This document shows positions 49,035 to 61,850 of a DNA stretch of 64,000 nucleotides, piece by piece. The DNA is taken from assembly GCA_053919585.1 (NCBI GenBank), contig CM132789.1; one strand, 5' to 3'. The stretch is from Euprymna scolopes (taxonomy: Eukaryota). Made by a program: the position numbers and the translations under genes. The notes below the pieces were generated by a model. It was not told the origin of the DNA. It saw only the letters and a list, made by a program, of their open reading frames with translations, and made no database searches. Positions within the stretch are counted from its first letter, which is position 1, and the number at the start of each line of letters is the position of its first letter.

Positions 49035-51830
49035 CTAGCTGTATATCCGGCCATGCATTGCCGTGGCTCAGTTTGTTAAAATGGAACACATTCTTCAAGA
49101 AAAATTGCATTTCGTTCGTTTATTTACTTTTATTTTTTGCAATTTTTTTTTTTATCAATAAAAGTTGTTTTTTTTCCCCACAAAAAATTAATTTTTTACC
49201 ATAAAATGTTAGGTGAAAGTTTTTGGGGTTTTTTTTTTCAGGAAAACTTGCACGTTTTTTTAAAAAGAAATTTGGCAGTAAACGTTTCTTTTTCAAAACG
49301 GAATTTTTATTATAAAAAGAACAGATGAATGCTTTATATGAACATTGTAAATAGTTAGGTGAAAGTAGAGAAAAGTTGTTTTTTTTTTCTTTTTCAAGAG
49401 ATTGTACAAATTATTTTTTTTCAACAGATGTTAAGAAAAACAGAAAACATACTTCCATCATTAATTATGCAAAAAAATAGTGGAAAACTTTCTGTTATTA
49501 ATGTTTGCTAAAAAATAAATACAGTAAACTTCGCTGAAGTGTTAGCATATGCTGCATCTTAAAAAGTTGGTTCATGCTGACAATTAAATAAAATAAATGT
49601 CTAAAAATTAGTAAAAATAAATAAAATCATGAATGACTGCTCTTGGGGGGGGCAAGTAAGTAGGAACAACACAATCATTTGTGTAAAATAATTAATATTC
49701 GAGAAATTGTAAACAATAACAAAAATACCTGATACCAAATGCAGTAAAATTCAAGTATGTTTTATATGTGCTGAAACTGTGTTTAAGTTATTTTTATTTC
49801 ATTTCTTTTATTAAAAGTTGTCTTTCCAACAATTAATTGGTTGCATGTCGTTTAACCATTGGGGACTTCACTCTTGGAAAATTGTATAAAAAATTTATGA
49901 CTATCACTAACTCTAACTTTGGGAGTGCAACTCGAACTTAGGGTTAGTGGTAGATAAGTCATTTGTTAGGTGTGTCAGAAATTTCGTGAAAAATATTGAA
50001 TAATTCCACCCAGTTTTCCAAGCTTATAACTCCTCGAAAAATGTAATTCAAATCCTAATTTTTTTTTTCAATTAAAGGAGCAAGGACCATGGTTTCATTT
50101 AAAAAAAACGTGTTTTTTTGTTTTTTTTAAAAGGTTTTAAACTTCGGACTTTACAGGTAAATGTCTAAAAAACACTACTTTTTTGCTTTAAATTTGAATA
50201 TATTATTTATTGATCTTTTATCTTCAATTTGTGATATATAACACTTTGGTGAGTAAATTAATTATTTACTTTTTAATAGACATTTCAAAATGGGAGGCGT
50301 GAATTAATTCCGCCCCCTGTCTTTCCAAGCTTATAACTACTCGAAAAATATAATTCAAACCCTAATTTTTTTTCAATTAAAGGAGCAAGGACCAAGGTTT
50401 CATTAAAAAAAACAAAAACAAAAAAAAACGTGTTTAAAAAAAAAAAAAAAAGGTTTTAAACTTCGGACTTTACAGGTAAATTTCTAAAAAACACTACTTT
50501 TTTGTTTTAAATTTGAATATATTATTTATTGATCTTTTATCTTCAATTTGTGATATATAAAACTTTGGTGAGTACATTATTTACTTTTTAATAGACATTT
50601 GAAAATGGGGAGGGGGTGAATTAAAAAAAAAAACGTTTGTCTAAAATATTATATTCGGTTTATTGGAAAGAGCATAAAATTTCACATTGACCCTGAAAAT
50701 ATCGTAAAAATTGAATCAATAGAAAAATTTTGATAGATTTTTAAAGTTTAAAAACTGAAAATACTGAGCTCGTAAAATTCAATTAATTTCATTACTTTTA
50801 AAAAAAAATAATATTTCTATTACTTTTTATACAACTTTATTAGTTTATTTTGGAAGTATAATCCATAAAGAAAATAAACAACCCACTTTTAAAAGAGAAA
50901 TTACGAGTTTTTTATATTTTATTCGCAGTTTCGTGTTAGGGGTATCAAAAATTCATGCAAAGATTCTGATACACCTAGTCAGTCATTTAAGCCTCCTTAC
51001 TCCTTAAGCGATAAGCGAACATTTGTTTATTTTTTTTTTTATTCGGTGTGTAAAATCCACTTTGAACAACATATTTGGAAATTAGAAAAATAAAAAAAAA
51101 ACAAAAAAACTTTGTTTTAGCATGTTAAAAGTATTTAGGTTGGTAGATAATTAAATTCTATGTTTGGTATAAGTTTGTTATTTTGCTGTTGTTTCTTGCT
51201 TTTTAGAATTTTTGACTAAGGGGGGGGGGTTGCTTAGATCGTATTTTAAACAAAACTACGGAGTTTGGAATGCCCCCCGCTATAAAATGTACTTGGAAAA
51301 ATCGATTTTATAGCGAGATTTAAGAATGGTTAGCCTAAAAAAAAAGGTGAAAAACAAAACAAATACTCAATAAATGTTACTAAAGGCAATAAATACTACT
51401 TTTTTTACTTACATGAATGAGTTTATTTTATGTTTTAAAGTATTTTCAAGCACTTTTCTTTATTTTTTAATCTAAAATTGCGGGTGTGTGGATGCAAAAT
51501 ATCTCCAGATTTTCTAGAATTCCCCACTAGATTGCAAACGAAATCTCCAGATCTAACGGGAAAACCGCTAAATTGGAAACACTGGTCATGTGACACAAGC
51601 GGTGATAAATAATTGTCCATAAATAAAAAAAAAAATGGCCTATCGGTACAAAGAAAACCACCTATTTATTATAGAAAAATGAAGTATAATGTTATAATTA
51701 AAAAGAGATATATAGAAACATGCATGGGTACAGTAAACATATTATACCAAAATGTCGAAGCAATCATTTATTTAGTTATTTAGACTATTAATTACGAACG
51801 AACCAAGAGTTACATTTTTATATATATAGA
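49035..51830 (-). mobile_element. ~2.8-kb non-autonomous Helitron with an internal ~307-bp tandem duplication
   Basis: The minus strand begins A|TCTATATATATAAAAATG at 51830 and ends gccacggcaatgcatggc hairpin + CTAG|T at 49035. Duplicated units lie at ~50002-50305 and ~50306-50623. Confidence 0.7.
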
Positions 51831-52136
51831 TTATAATCTTCAAAAAGCCTGCAAATTTTCATGTAGTTTTGTCCCATAAACCAAAGCTATGAGCATTTCA
51901 NNNNNNNNNNNNNNNNNNNNNNNNNNNNNNNNNNNNNNNNNNNNNNNNNNNNNNNNNNNNNNNNNNNNNNNNNNNNNNNNNNNNNNNNNNNNNNNNNNNN
52001 NNNNNNNNNNNNNNNNNNNNNNNNNNNNNNTTCATTCCAATATTCAAAATGATTCCTTGTCATACTAAAAGTTGTTCCTTATTTTTCAGGTAATGTCTGA
52101 TTCCTGCCAGTGTTATAATAGTATATTGAATTGAAA

Positions 52137-53274
52137 ATGACTCCAAAGGAGCAGCTTTCAGAGATTAAAAGGCACAAATTGTTGCTTTATCTGGTGAAGA
52201 ATATGTTCAGGTAAAAATTGCTAGGAAGATGAAATGTTCAAGGAAGGGAGTTCAAACAATGATTAAAAGGCACAAGGAAACAAAGTCTTTCAAAAAAAAA
52301 AAAAAAAAAAGAAAAGGACAAAGCCTTTACAACTGCCAAGAAAGACAGATCTTTGAAAAGAGCATCCCTTGCAGATAGGAAGAAAAGTTTTTCAGAACTT
52401 GCTCCTGAACTTAAGGAGGATGCAAACAAAAACATATCAGCTCGAACAGTGAGTAGAAGGTAATTAGAAGCAGGATTAAAAGGATGCAAAGCAGGGAAGA
52501 AACCATACTTTTCTCAGGTCAACAAGAAAACACGACTGGAATTTGAAAAAAAAAAAAAAAATGAAAATTGGACACCTGACGATTGGGCCAAAATTGTTTG
52601 TTCTGATGAAAGTTAGTTTGAGGTAAGTTAACAGCTTCTATTTCCTAAACATTGAAAGGAACAATTATAATTGTCATGTGAATAGACATTCATAACATCT
52701 ATTCAAAAATTTTTTCATCAGATTTCTGGGACCGCTGGAGCGGTTTATGTTTGCTGTAAGGAAGGAAAGTTATTTCATCCTGCTTTTGTGGTCCCAACTG
52801 CCAAACTTGGCTGGAAATGTAATGGTTTGGGCTGAATGGCTTCTTCAGGCACTGAACTGTTGTGCACATGTGAGGACAGAATAAACTCCAGAATATATAC
52901 TAACATGCTGGATGAAGTTTACCAAACCTCTTTGACTAAAATATCCAATAATAACATTCCAAGTTATGTAATCTTCCAACAAGACAATGCTCCATGCCAT
53001 ATGTCAAAAGTTTGAATGGGTTGGTTTGAGAAAAAAGGGATCAGTGATGAAGTGGCCCCCTCAATCGCCAGACCTAAATCCCATTGAAACTTTGTGGTCT
53101 CATCTAGGAAAAAGAGCGAAAATGTACAAATGTTCATCAAAAAAATAATTAGAGGCCAAACTTCATGAAGAGTGGCAGAAAATAGATCCTACCACCTGCA
53201 ACAGTTTAGCTAATAAAATGCAAAAATGAATAAAAGCTGTTATAAATGTAAAAGGAGGACATTCCAAATATTGA
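52137..53274 (+). pseudogene. Tc1-family DD34E transposase pseudogene with a 99-bp GT-AG intron (52623-52721)
   Basis: HTH region IARKMKCSRKGVQTMIKR, then ISARTVSRR.LEAGL, WAKIVCSDES*FE|intron|ISGTAGAVYV, IFQQDNAPCH, WPPQSPDLNPIETLW and KGGHSKY*. D-to-E spacing is 34 after restoring a 2-bp deletion. Confidence 0.92.
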
Positions 53275-53302
53275 TTGTTGTAAAAATAGATTTATTAACA
53301 TG

Positions 53303-54020
53303 CTGGGGGGGGGGGTCCCGACATTGTCCGAGTGTGGTGAGATGGGGGGGGGGGGAGAAATAAAAAAATGAAAAAGAATAAGTGAACGTAATAACCCTGT
53401 TTAAATATATATATATTTTTTAATAGGAGAAACGAAAACAAAAAAAAAAAAAACAGCAAACGTGATGCAAAATAAAGAATAAACAAAAAAGAATGGCATA
53501 AATAATCCTGTTTAAATGTTAAAACTTCTTTAAAACAATTCGGAAAAACAAAAAATACAGCGAACATCGAATTTTTTTAAAAAAACGAACGAAAAAATGG
53601 CATAAATAACCCTGTTTTAATATTAAAACTTTAAAAATTGAAAGAAAATATTTATCTTGGCTCGAACATGCAATCTTAAGATAACGACGCTACCACTATA
53701 ACGACTGGCCTATGATTGCGTGAATGAAGTTAGGTCAGTTTTTTTATATTTATACTAATTCAAGAAAGGACGTATTTTTTTGCGCATGTGTTTGGCTAAA
53801 TTGTCAGGAAGGAAAGATTTTTTGCTACCCCTCCCTGTAGAAAATTGCCTAGTTGAGGGTGAAGGAATTAATAGTTTTAGCCAATTTTTCGATATTTGTT
53901 GTTCGAAGGGTCGAACATTAAAATGATACTGGTCTCGTGAAAATCCGTCGCCTTTGTCGAAAGTTTTTGCAAGACATACAAACATACATTTAAACAGACA
54001 GGTGAGATTTATATTATAGA
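53303..54020 (-). mobile_element. Non-autonomous Helitron (family H2), inserted just after the Tc1 stop codon
   Basis: 5' TCTATAATATAAAT at 54020, with a GTCT/GTAT micro-repeat. 3' hairpin cccgacattgtccgag with a degenerate terminus near 53303. Confidence 0.7.
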
Positions 54021-54608
54021 CTAGTGAGGAGTACCCGGCGTTTCCCGGGTGTTTGTAGGTGTGTGAAAAAAAAAACAGGTGCCCGTGAAAAAAAAAAACA
54101 AAGCTTTTACGACGCGCAGTTGGAAAATAGTAAAGTCTGAACAAAAAAAAAAAAAACAGGTGCGCGTTTTTGATTGATGTGACGGCAATAGGTATTCAGC
54201 AGTTAGCATTTTGTGCGGGACAGTTTTTAATGAGATCAATAAATCGGTTTGTTTGTTTTTAAAAACCCACTCCGTCGTCTGATATGACGAAGTCGACATT
54301 GACCAAACGTTACTTAGCTCTCTAGAGACCACTGGCTCTGGGCCTGTGATTAGAGTCGAGTTTCGCTTTTTTTTATACCGAAAACCGAATGTAACGCGTG
54401 CCGATGCGGGAAATGTGGAATAATTAACGTTTGAAAGTCAATAAAATTAAATAGACAGGCGAGCTCCGTGGTTAAGTGTGAGATATTACAATTTATGGAT
54501 GATATAAAAAGTTGTGAAGCGAGCAAGCGCTTCTCTGAAAGAAGCCTTTTGTGGACATCGAGGAAAAGCATACATACATACATACATTTTCGCTTTTATA
54601 TATATAGA
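54021..54608 (-). mobile_element. Non-autonomous Helitron, head-to-tail with the preceding one
   Basis: 5' A|TCTATATATATAAAAGCGAAAATGTATGTATG at 54608. 3' hairpin cccgggaaacgccggg followed by CTAG at 54021-54024. Confidence 0.85.
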
Positions 54609-55659
54609 TGTTTACTCCACTATTCTTAATCTTTTAAATATATAAGTCTGAATAATAATTTTGATTTTTATTGGTGCTCCATAATTTCACCAAGGTTCTA
54701 TACATAAACTTTCTTCAAAGGTATCAAAAAGGCAAGCAGTAAAATACAAACTAAATTTATGCACACAATAAATATTATAGACAATTTAGCTGATAAAAGA
54801 CAACTAAAAAAAAACTTGATACCCATACCTCTGCATCTTTTAATCAACAATTTTAGCAGTGTGATACATTCAGTTGGAAAGCAGCGTGTGCAAAGAGAAT
54901 TAATTCCACTTTCTCCCTCCCCATTCTACTACAACCCTCCCAATTGGGATTTTAAGAACATTCAATGAGTAACCTTACATTGTGCATGGTGCAACCTCGG
55001 TAATCTATTCACTATGGTTCAACGTGGATATCTCTGAACTAAATAATAACCTCTAATCAGATTGTATATCTTGAATGATCCATAATCCTGAGTCCGCTCA
55101 TTTAATCATTTGGAATAATACATTTCCCGTGGATTAGAAGCTCTGGCTGGTTGTTAATGTGCAGCATATTAATGGAATAGAACTTCTACATGGCCAGAGG
55201 AGGAGAGATAGAGAGAGATATCAAGCTTGCCTTATCACTTACATAGAATTTCCTGAATAGGAAAGACCTTAAACATTGAATACAAGAGCTTTTATTAGAT
55301 TCACCAACGAAATTCTGGGTGTTTATTTTGCAAGGATTGAAGATTCATTGCAATGACTATTTACAGATCAAAGATTCATTTCCAGTCATTGGTTTCTACG
55401 GCTTCGACAGAAAAAAAAAAAAAAAATCAAACTTTGTTATTGCTGCAATGAAAATTCCTCAGAAAATGTTTCAGTTTTTAAAATTGTAATGTCATTTCAT
55501 TTACAATTCTTTCATTTCTTCCCTTCTTGTATGCCTCGTTTATGATTGAAACTTGGCAACCACGTCTCTTGAGGCAATTCTTTTCATGCCATAACTTTTT
55601 AAGTAGACTGATTGGAGCATTAAACTTTTAGAACTACCACAATTATTTATTGTTATTTC

Positions 55660-55760
55660 ATCATTTTCTTTCTCCTAGACTAATAGTTCCTTACCAAGAA
55701 TTTAAATCCAAGCGTACACTACTATTTGATCTATAGCTGAAAATAGAAAACGATAGTATT
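55660..55760 (-). repeat. SINE fragment (family B)
   Basis: Reverse complement cagctatagatcaaatagtagtgtacgcttgg...cttggtaaggaactattagtctaggagaaagaaaa, related to 60290-60410. Confidence 0.5.
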
Positions 55761-55884
55761 AATGAAAGTGATAACATAACTACAGTATCACTTAAACAGA
55801 GCATGCAAATTTCATAGTTTATGCTAGTAACATGCAATGCTACCATTTCCCCTTTCAAAACGTTTTGAATTGATTAACTATTTT

Positions 55885-56092
55885 AGTAGCAGTAGCATAA
55901 TGGGCAAAGTTCTTGTAAGTCAGTTGTAAGTTACACTCTTCTGGAAATTAAAGGTTCAATCCTCAGTGCAGGTGATATTCAAATTGCAATTGCAAATTAC
56001 TTGGGACTTCTACCCAGTCATGGCTGATGGAACGTGGGCATGCTACTCGTATGGATTAAATAAAATGTTCCATTTAATAGTCCTAATAATAT
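55885..56092 (+). mobile_element. Second copy of the tRNA-headed SINE (hammerhead segment deleted)
   Basis: A box TAGCATAATGG at 55893-55903 and B box GGTTCAATCC at 55953-55962. Body matches the reverse complement of 11735-11895. Ends in tagtcctaataatatg, the same tail end as the 11.6-kb copy. Confidence 0.75.
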
Positions 56093-56744
56093 GTCCAGCA
56101 AGTTGGTAGATTTCGTAGCAGTGCAAAACTCTTTCATATTTATTTTTGAAGAGTTTAATTGTACTGATGTGACTTGGCTACATTAACCAATCAGGTGACT
56201 AAACTGTTTTACAGTTTTATGCTGAAAGAGCAACAACAGATGCTGAAGAGACAGCATCAGGATAAGACCTTTCTTATTCCACTGCCTGCTATCAAGCTAA
56301 GACTTGTCAAAAGACTTCCTAAACCTGCCCCCCTCTTCCTTCACTTGTAAGTGAATAGGCAAAGAATTGCTATCATGCAATGTCACCTGCATCCTGGATA
56401 TATATGTTTGTATAGAGAAACTCATACACATAAACATACATTTCTTACAGATTAATTAAATTTTTTTCTTTACAAAAAAAAGAACAACGCAGAGTCTGGG
56501 TGTTTGTGCATGTAACATGTATTGTTATGTGTGTGTGGACTCCAAATTCTTTGTTTTTCTTTTTCTCAAAAGAGTTAAAATAAATTCTCAATTGTCTTTT
56601 GTCTTTTGTAGAAAACTGAACATTTTTTCTGTTAAAACCATATGTACGTGACTTTTTTTTTTCTTTGTGAATATTAATTTGGTATATCTTCTCTGTAAAG
56701 TTGCAGTTTTTCTGTTTAGCATTTCTTAAAGCGAAATTTGTCTT

Positions 56745-57960
56745 GTGAGTCTATTTTTCAAAAAAGAGCTTTCAAGGCAACTAGTTGAAATTATACGTTT
56801 ACAGCAGACTCATACTTTGGAATTACAAAAAGAGAAGAAAGAGAAAGAAAAGAAAGAGAAAGAAAAGAAAGAGAAAGAAAAAAGGAAAGAGAAGAAGAAA
56901 GAGAAAGAGAAGCAGAAAAAAGAGAAAAAGAGGAAGAGAAAGAGAAGAGGAGAGAAAGCAATTCAGCAAAAATTACTGGAAATGCAGACACAGGCAAAGA
57001 AAAAATTGGAATTATTAAGTAATAACGAAGAAAGATGAGTTAGACCAGAATGTTTTTTCCCAAACTGCGATCTGGTCAGCATTAGAAACATTTCGCTATT
57101 GTCCTGAAGAAGAGTGAACTTTTGAAACCTATTTTTGCGGATTTGGTGATGTAGTCAAGATTGATTGTAAGTCATGGAGTGAACAGATGAAGGTTCATCT
57201 TTTATTACAAAAAATTGGGAGCTGCAGAGCATCATAAGTTTGTGGACTACATCAACCCAAAATAGACAAACGAATTTGTCCTTTGACAAGACAGTGAAAT
57301 CTTTGATGGAATTATACTGTCCAAAATCAGCTTATTCAATAAAAGATGGTGATGCATCAACCTGACACGCAAATAAGACCAAGATTACATCACATTTGCT
57401 TTAGTCGTAAATAGACACTGCGACGACTTTGGACTATCTTCATTTGACTTTAACGTCTTGATTTTTATTCAAGACTCTGTGTCGACCTAGGACACTAAAG
57501 TTAGATGCTGGGAACTAAACAGATTGAAAAAGGAACCAAATATAACCCTTCAACAATTGGCTGAGAAATGCTGAAAAGTCATTTTGAAGAAGCAAGACTC
57601 CAAAAATATAGAAGAGGCAGATGTAGCACACATTAGAAAGGTATGAAGTATCAAAAAATCTTACTTTCCAAACAGTCAAGCGAAAACCAAACATAACCCT
57701 CCAGAAAAATCCCAAAAGAAGCCAGAGTACCCAACCCCCTATCCATGCCCAGGATGTGGAGAACTCCACTGGCAAAAGGATTGTTCATACCAGTCCCGGA
57801 AATGTGATCGGTGCAGATGCAATGGACACAAAGCCTCACATTGCAGAGCAAAAGGACCCTGCAGGAGTTATGTAAAAACAACAAGGACTCAAGTGGAGGA
57901 CGACAATTTATGGATGTACATGATGGTAAAAATTAGATAAGATGTTGACAAAGCAGAAGG
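56745..57960 (+). pseudogene. Ty3/Gypsy (Mag-type) LTR retrotransposon gag remnant
   Basis: Translation TFETYF..DCKSWSEQMKVHLLLQK.GAAEHHKFVDYI, SLFNKRW.CINL and VVNRHCDDF. Tandem zinc knuckles CPGCGELHWQKDC and CDRCRCNGHKASHC at 57746-57846. Confidence 0.85.
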
Positions 57961-58604
57961 GTTATTTAAAAAAAAAAAAGAAAATGAAAAGTACACTGCT
58001 AAGATGTGTCCATTTAATGAAAGTGATTTTTATAACTCACTAATTGTGTGTATGTGTGTGTGTGTGTGGGGGGGCTTTTTACCCGATTGTAAAATACTGT
58101 ACAATATGATATTTTACTTTGTCCAGATTTCGTATATTAGAGAGCCGTGATTTCAAAAGTAAAAAAAAGTATTTGGGTGCCATCAGCAAGAAACAAAACT
58201 GAAAGCAAAACTGTAGCATTCAAAGCTGGTGACGTTACCACTGTACCAACCTGATACGCATATAAACTGATTAAAAATAAACTAAGATGAATGTACAAAC
58301 TGTATAACGATTTTTTTTTCAATTTTGGCTCCTTTCTGACCCTCTTAAAAACTATTTTAACCCTAACCCTAAACCCATAAAAGAAGCATCCATAAAAAAT
58401 CCAATAATTTGAGGCCCCTAGAAGTCCATTTCAAGAAAGGAAAACAAAAACAACTGACTAACAGAGCCTCTTATGGAGGTATTTGAATACATCTAAAAGA
58501 TTATCTATTTCATTTGTATGGTTCGTCATGAAAATGGTATTTCAAACTAAAATGTGATGGACAAAGCCTTCTAGAGATGTGAGTATTTTCTTTGGACTTT
58601 GAAT

Positions 58605-58870
58605 AGGTTTGGTTGCTTTGCGACATATCAACCCTTTTCAAATTCAGTAATTTTAGAAAAAAAGGTTTCATGCTTCAAGTTCTTTATATCTTCAAATATT
58701 TATTCACAGAGTTTAGTTTGGGTGTTTTGTAGAAACAAATTGTTTTTATTTTTGGATTTGTACAACATGATTGAGTTTTGCAAAGAAAAAGAAAAAATAC
58801 AGCAACATCAATATTTGGTTCATTTAAGTCACTGATATCTCCAGACAGCCTGATTTGGTAGCACCAGAGA
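58605..58870 (-). repeat. Interspersed retroposon, copy 2 (same family as 10203-10490)
   Basis: Colinear similarity across ~270 bp, ending gatatctccagacagcctgatttggtagcacca. Confidence 0.65.
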
Positions 58871-58939
58871 CTTTGATTAGCAGCAAAGCATAGTATCTGT
58901 ACATTTCATCTTTATTGTCTTTTAGTCAATAATGAAGAA

Positions 58940-59045
58940 ATCTTTCGATTCAGGCAATTCTAATTTTTTACCCAATCCAGAATGCTCCTTTTTAGAAAGT
59001 TGGATTTTCTCCACATAAAAAAAAACTAACCTTGTGTCTGACTTC
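58940..59045 (+). repeat. Short retroposon family A fragment
   Basis: ccagaatgctcctttttagaaagttggattttc..aaaactaaccttgtgtctgactt. Confidence 0.65.
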
Positions 59046-60289
59046 TATATATAAAAAATAAATATTCTAAAAACTTTCATTCTGACTCATAATTTCTTTA
59101 AATTTTAACTTGCATAGCATCGTTTTGTTTTCCTAAATTAAAACAAAGAATAATATTTGTTTAGTGTTTAAATGACCCCCCCCTCCAAAAACAAAAACAA
59201 AAACATTTCGTTGCTGATTTGTAAAATAAGTTTCCTTGTCTTCTCAATAGCAAATTTTCTTTCATGAAGTTGGTCATATAATCATGATTATGACGATGAG
59301 AGGGGGTGGGAGAGTAAGGAGTAAAAGATGAGAAGGAGAAAAAGGAACACTAATTACCATTATCATTATAAGAATGATTATAACGATTTAAAAGCAAAAA
59401 ATCTGTCAGTTATTGGTAACAGCAATAATTCACTTGCCTGACACTTCGGACACTCTGATTTACAACTTTGTGATTTGCACAGTGCACACAACAGCTAACA
59501 AATATTTACTCAGTTTTTGCTACGGGCTTTCCTCAATCCAGTAACAAGGTACATTATGTCGTTAGTGACAAAAATAACTGTAAATATTGGAATATGAACA
59601 TGGATTTGGGACTAGAGAATTTGGGATTCTATTGACACAGTCATTTATGAACAACGCAAGAAAAGTCCATATTTTTCTGCGGGCTTCTTGGGGAACATTC
59701 TGGAAAATCGAGGACAGAAAACAAGCAGAAAATTGGAACATGGGTTCAATAAAGAAGGAACAAAATAAAATTATCTTGGTGAGCATTTAAAAAATATAAA
59801 ATGGATTAATATGTAAAAAGGAACTTGTTTTCAAAATATTTACACGCCCACATAATGTGTGGTAAGCTAGCCTCCGCCCCCCCCTACCGATTGCCTTTTC
59901 AAAAACGACACATTTGTTTAATCAACTTTGATGTTATAAAATACAAGATGGCGATTTTGCTTGAAGAATGGACAAAGATAAGTTTGGAATTTGAGAACAG
60001 AACAAACATAAACTTAAAAAGTTAAGGGTCCATTCCTTAATTCGAAGTACCATTCATTTCATCTTTCATTGCATGTACATATATATACAGACATTGAACC
60101 TAATATTATTGGTGCCCTTTCCTGGTTATCTTGTACTCCAAAATTCTTTTTTTCTAACTTATATATTATATTTATTGCTATATCATGTTAATTCAAGAAT
60201 TCTTGGTAAATCACCGCATAAGAGTTAAGCCATGTTCAGCCCAGTTAGTAGTTAGGCAAGTACTATAATGTGGAAATTAAAGTGACTAT

Positions 60290-60410
60290 AGACTGACTAT
60301 CTCTAATACCCTTGGGAAAGGTATTACTACCCTCCTCTATGCTACAAATGAAATAGAGTAGACTTTGAAGCATTGTTAGGGCAACTAATCTGGCAAAAAG
60401 AAGCTTGGAA
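60290..60410 (+). repeat. SINE fragment (family B)
   Basis: ctaatacccttgggaaaggtat...ggcaactaatctggcaaaaagaa, a SINE-core-like motif I associate with octopus SINEs. Confidence 0.5.
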
Positions 60411-60959
60411 ATAACAATACTCCTTCTATAGAAGTTCACGTCTAAAATTCCACCCATGAAATTGTTAATAAAATGCACAAGCCTTTCTGAAATCGAACAA
60501 TATATGATACCAATAACTTCATACGATGACTGACTTGTCCACCAAGTTTCCATTATGAATGTTCAACAATCTTTCTTCTAATTATTGTTTAATGATAAAC
60601 ACCCTTGGATATGGCTCTGACGGATGTGAAGAGCCTGAAACTGAATTAGACAGTGAAAGTGGCACAAATTTGCTTATTCCAATGATAAAATGGTCTGTCT
60701 TTGGCTAGTTGGTAGTTTGAAAATTAAGAAAAAGTTGAAATCATAGGTTTCAGTGAGGATCAAACTTACAATCTAGGAGACACAGAACGACTGGTTATTG
60801 CACTGCAATGAATAAATTCATCTTAAGAAAAAGTTGAACTCCAAATTTATCTGCATACTCATTGGTTAAAAAGAATTAACTAAAATGATTTCATTTATTT
60901 ATTTAATCTGATCACTTGGGACAGGAAGTGAAAAAAAAAAAAAAAAAAAAAGTGAAAAG

Positions 60960-61155
60960 TCAGAGAAAACGTCCAGTAATTGTGAGCCACATTATTTTTG
61001 AGTGTGGCAACAAATCGATTATTATTTTTGGATGTACAAAATTGTGAATAACTGACACAATCTGCTCTTGACACTGCCCTGATTTTATCTGTGATTGTTC
61101 TCTTCAGTTCTGGAATAGTTTGGAAATTGTAAAAGTAAACTTCATTCATTTAAAT
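60960..61155 (-). pseudogene. Tc1/mariner transposase C-terminal remnant
   Basis: Translation EVYFYNFQTIPELKRTITDKIRAVS resembles the KVYxxxPxTIxELKxxI motif. Confidence 0.55.
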
Positions 61156-61255
61156 GTATATTACCTCTGCTTATTATAACTTGACTACTTTTGTCCATAT
61201 TTTTAGTTTTTCCAGTTCTCTAATTCATTATTTGAACAAGTCATATAATATTTGG

Positions 61256-61751
61256 TTATATATAAATGACCTCATCTATCTGTCTGTGGAACCAAACTCC
61301 TGTCAACAGATTTGGTCTACAGACTTGAAACTTGATATATAGGGGATTTGGACCTGTGAAATAAATTCAATTCAATTTTTTAGCTGGTTAAAATAGCTGC
61401 TCAGAGGTCAAAGTTAAATAAAAAAAACATTGACACTTAGCAGGCATAAGTCGACTTAAAGTTCTTTTCTTGCAAATATACATTTATACATTATTTTTTG
61501 AAGGTTTTATATGTGCCAGAACATAGTACAGATGGTCACAGATAAGGCTGGAAAGCTATATGTTTTGGTTTCAATTCTAGCTGATAGCACCTAAGTCATA
61601 ATTTTTTTTAAACCTGAAATCATTACTATATATTGGGTACAATATAATAATCAATAGAGAATTTGCTCTATAATAAATACAATATCTGCATAAATTAATA
61701 TATCATATTTAAGCATATTTTATGACCAGCAAATGCAGGGTGGCCTGCTAA
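61256..61751 (+). mobile_element. Helitron H1 copy
   Basis: tctacagacttgaaacttgatatatagggg matches the reverse complement of 10095-10135. The 3' end ...aatgcagggtggcctgCTAA|T corresponds to the H1 terminus. Confidence 0.7.
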
Positions 61752-61850
61752 TATAAATATCATTTTGTGTGTCTACATAATATTTTATGTATCGATTTTC
61801 AGTATTTACTTAAAAAGTGCTCAATACATGAGTAGAGCCAGGTAATAAAA

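Noticed and set aside
55885-55975. Genuine tRNA gene
   Set aside because: A and B boxes are present, but I find no convincing cloverleaf, and the sequence continues into an interspersed repeat body.
56511-56680. 5' LTR and primer-binding site of the Gypsy element
   Set aside because: A TG start and AATAAA are present, but there is no second LTR, clear CA end or recognisable PBS in the window.
58358-58378. Telomere-like TAACCC repeats
   Set aside because: Only 2-3 units, embedded in repeat-like DNA; not an interstitial telomere array.
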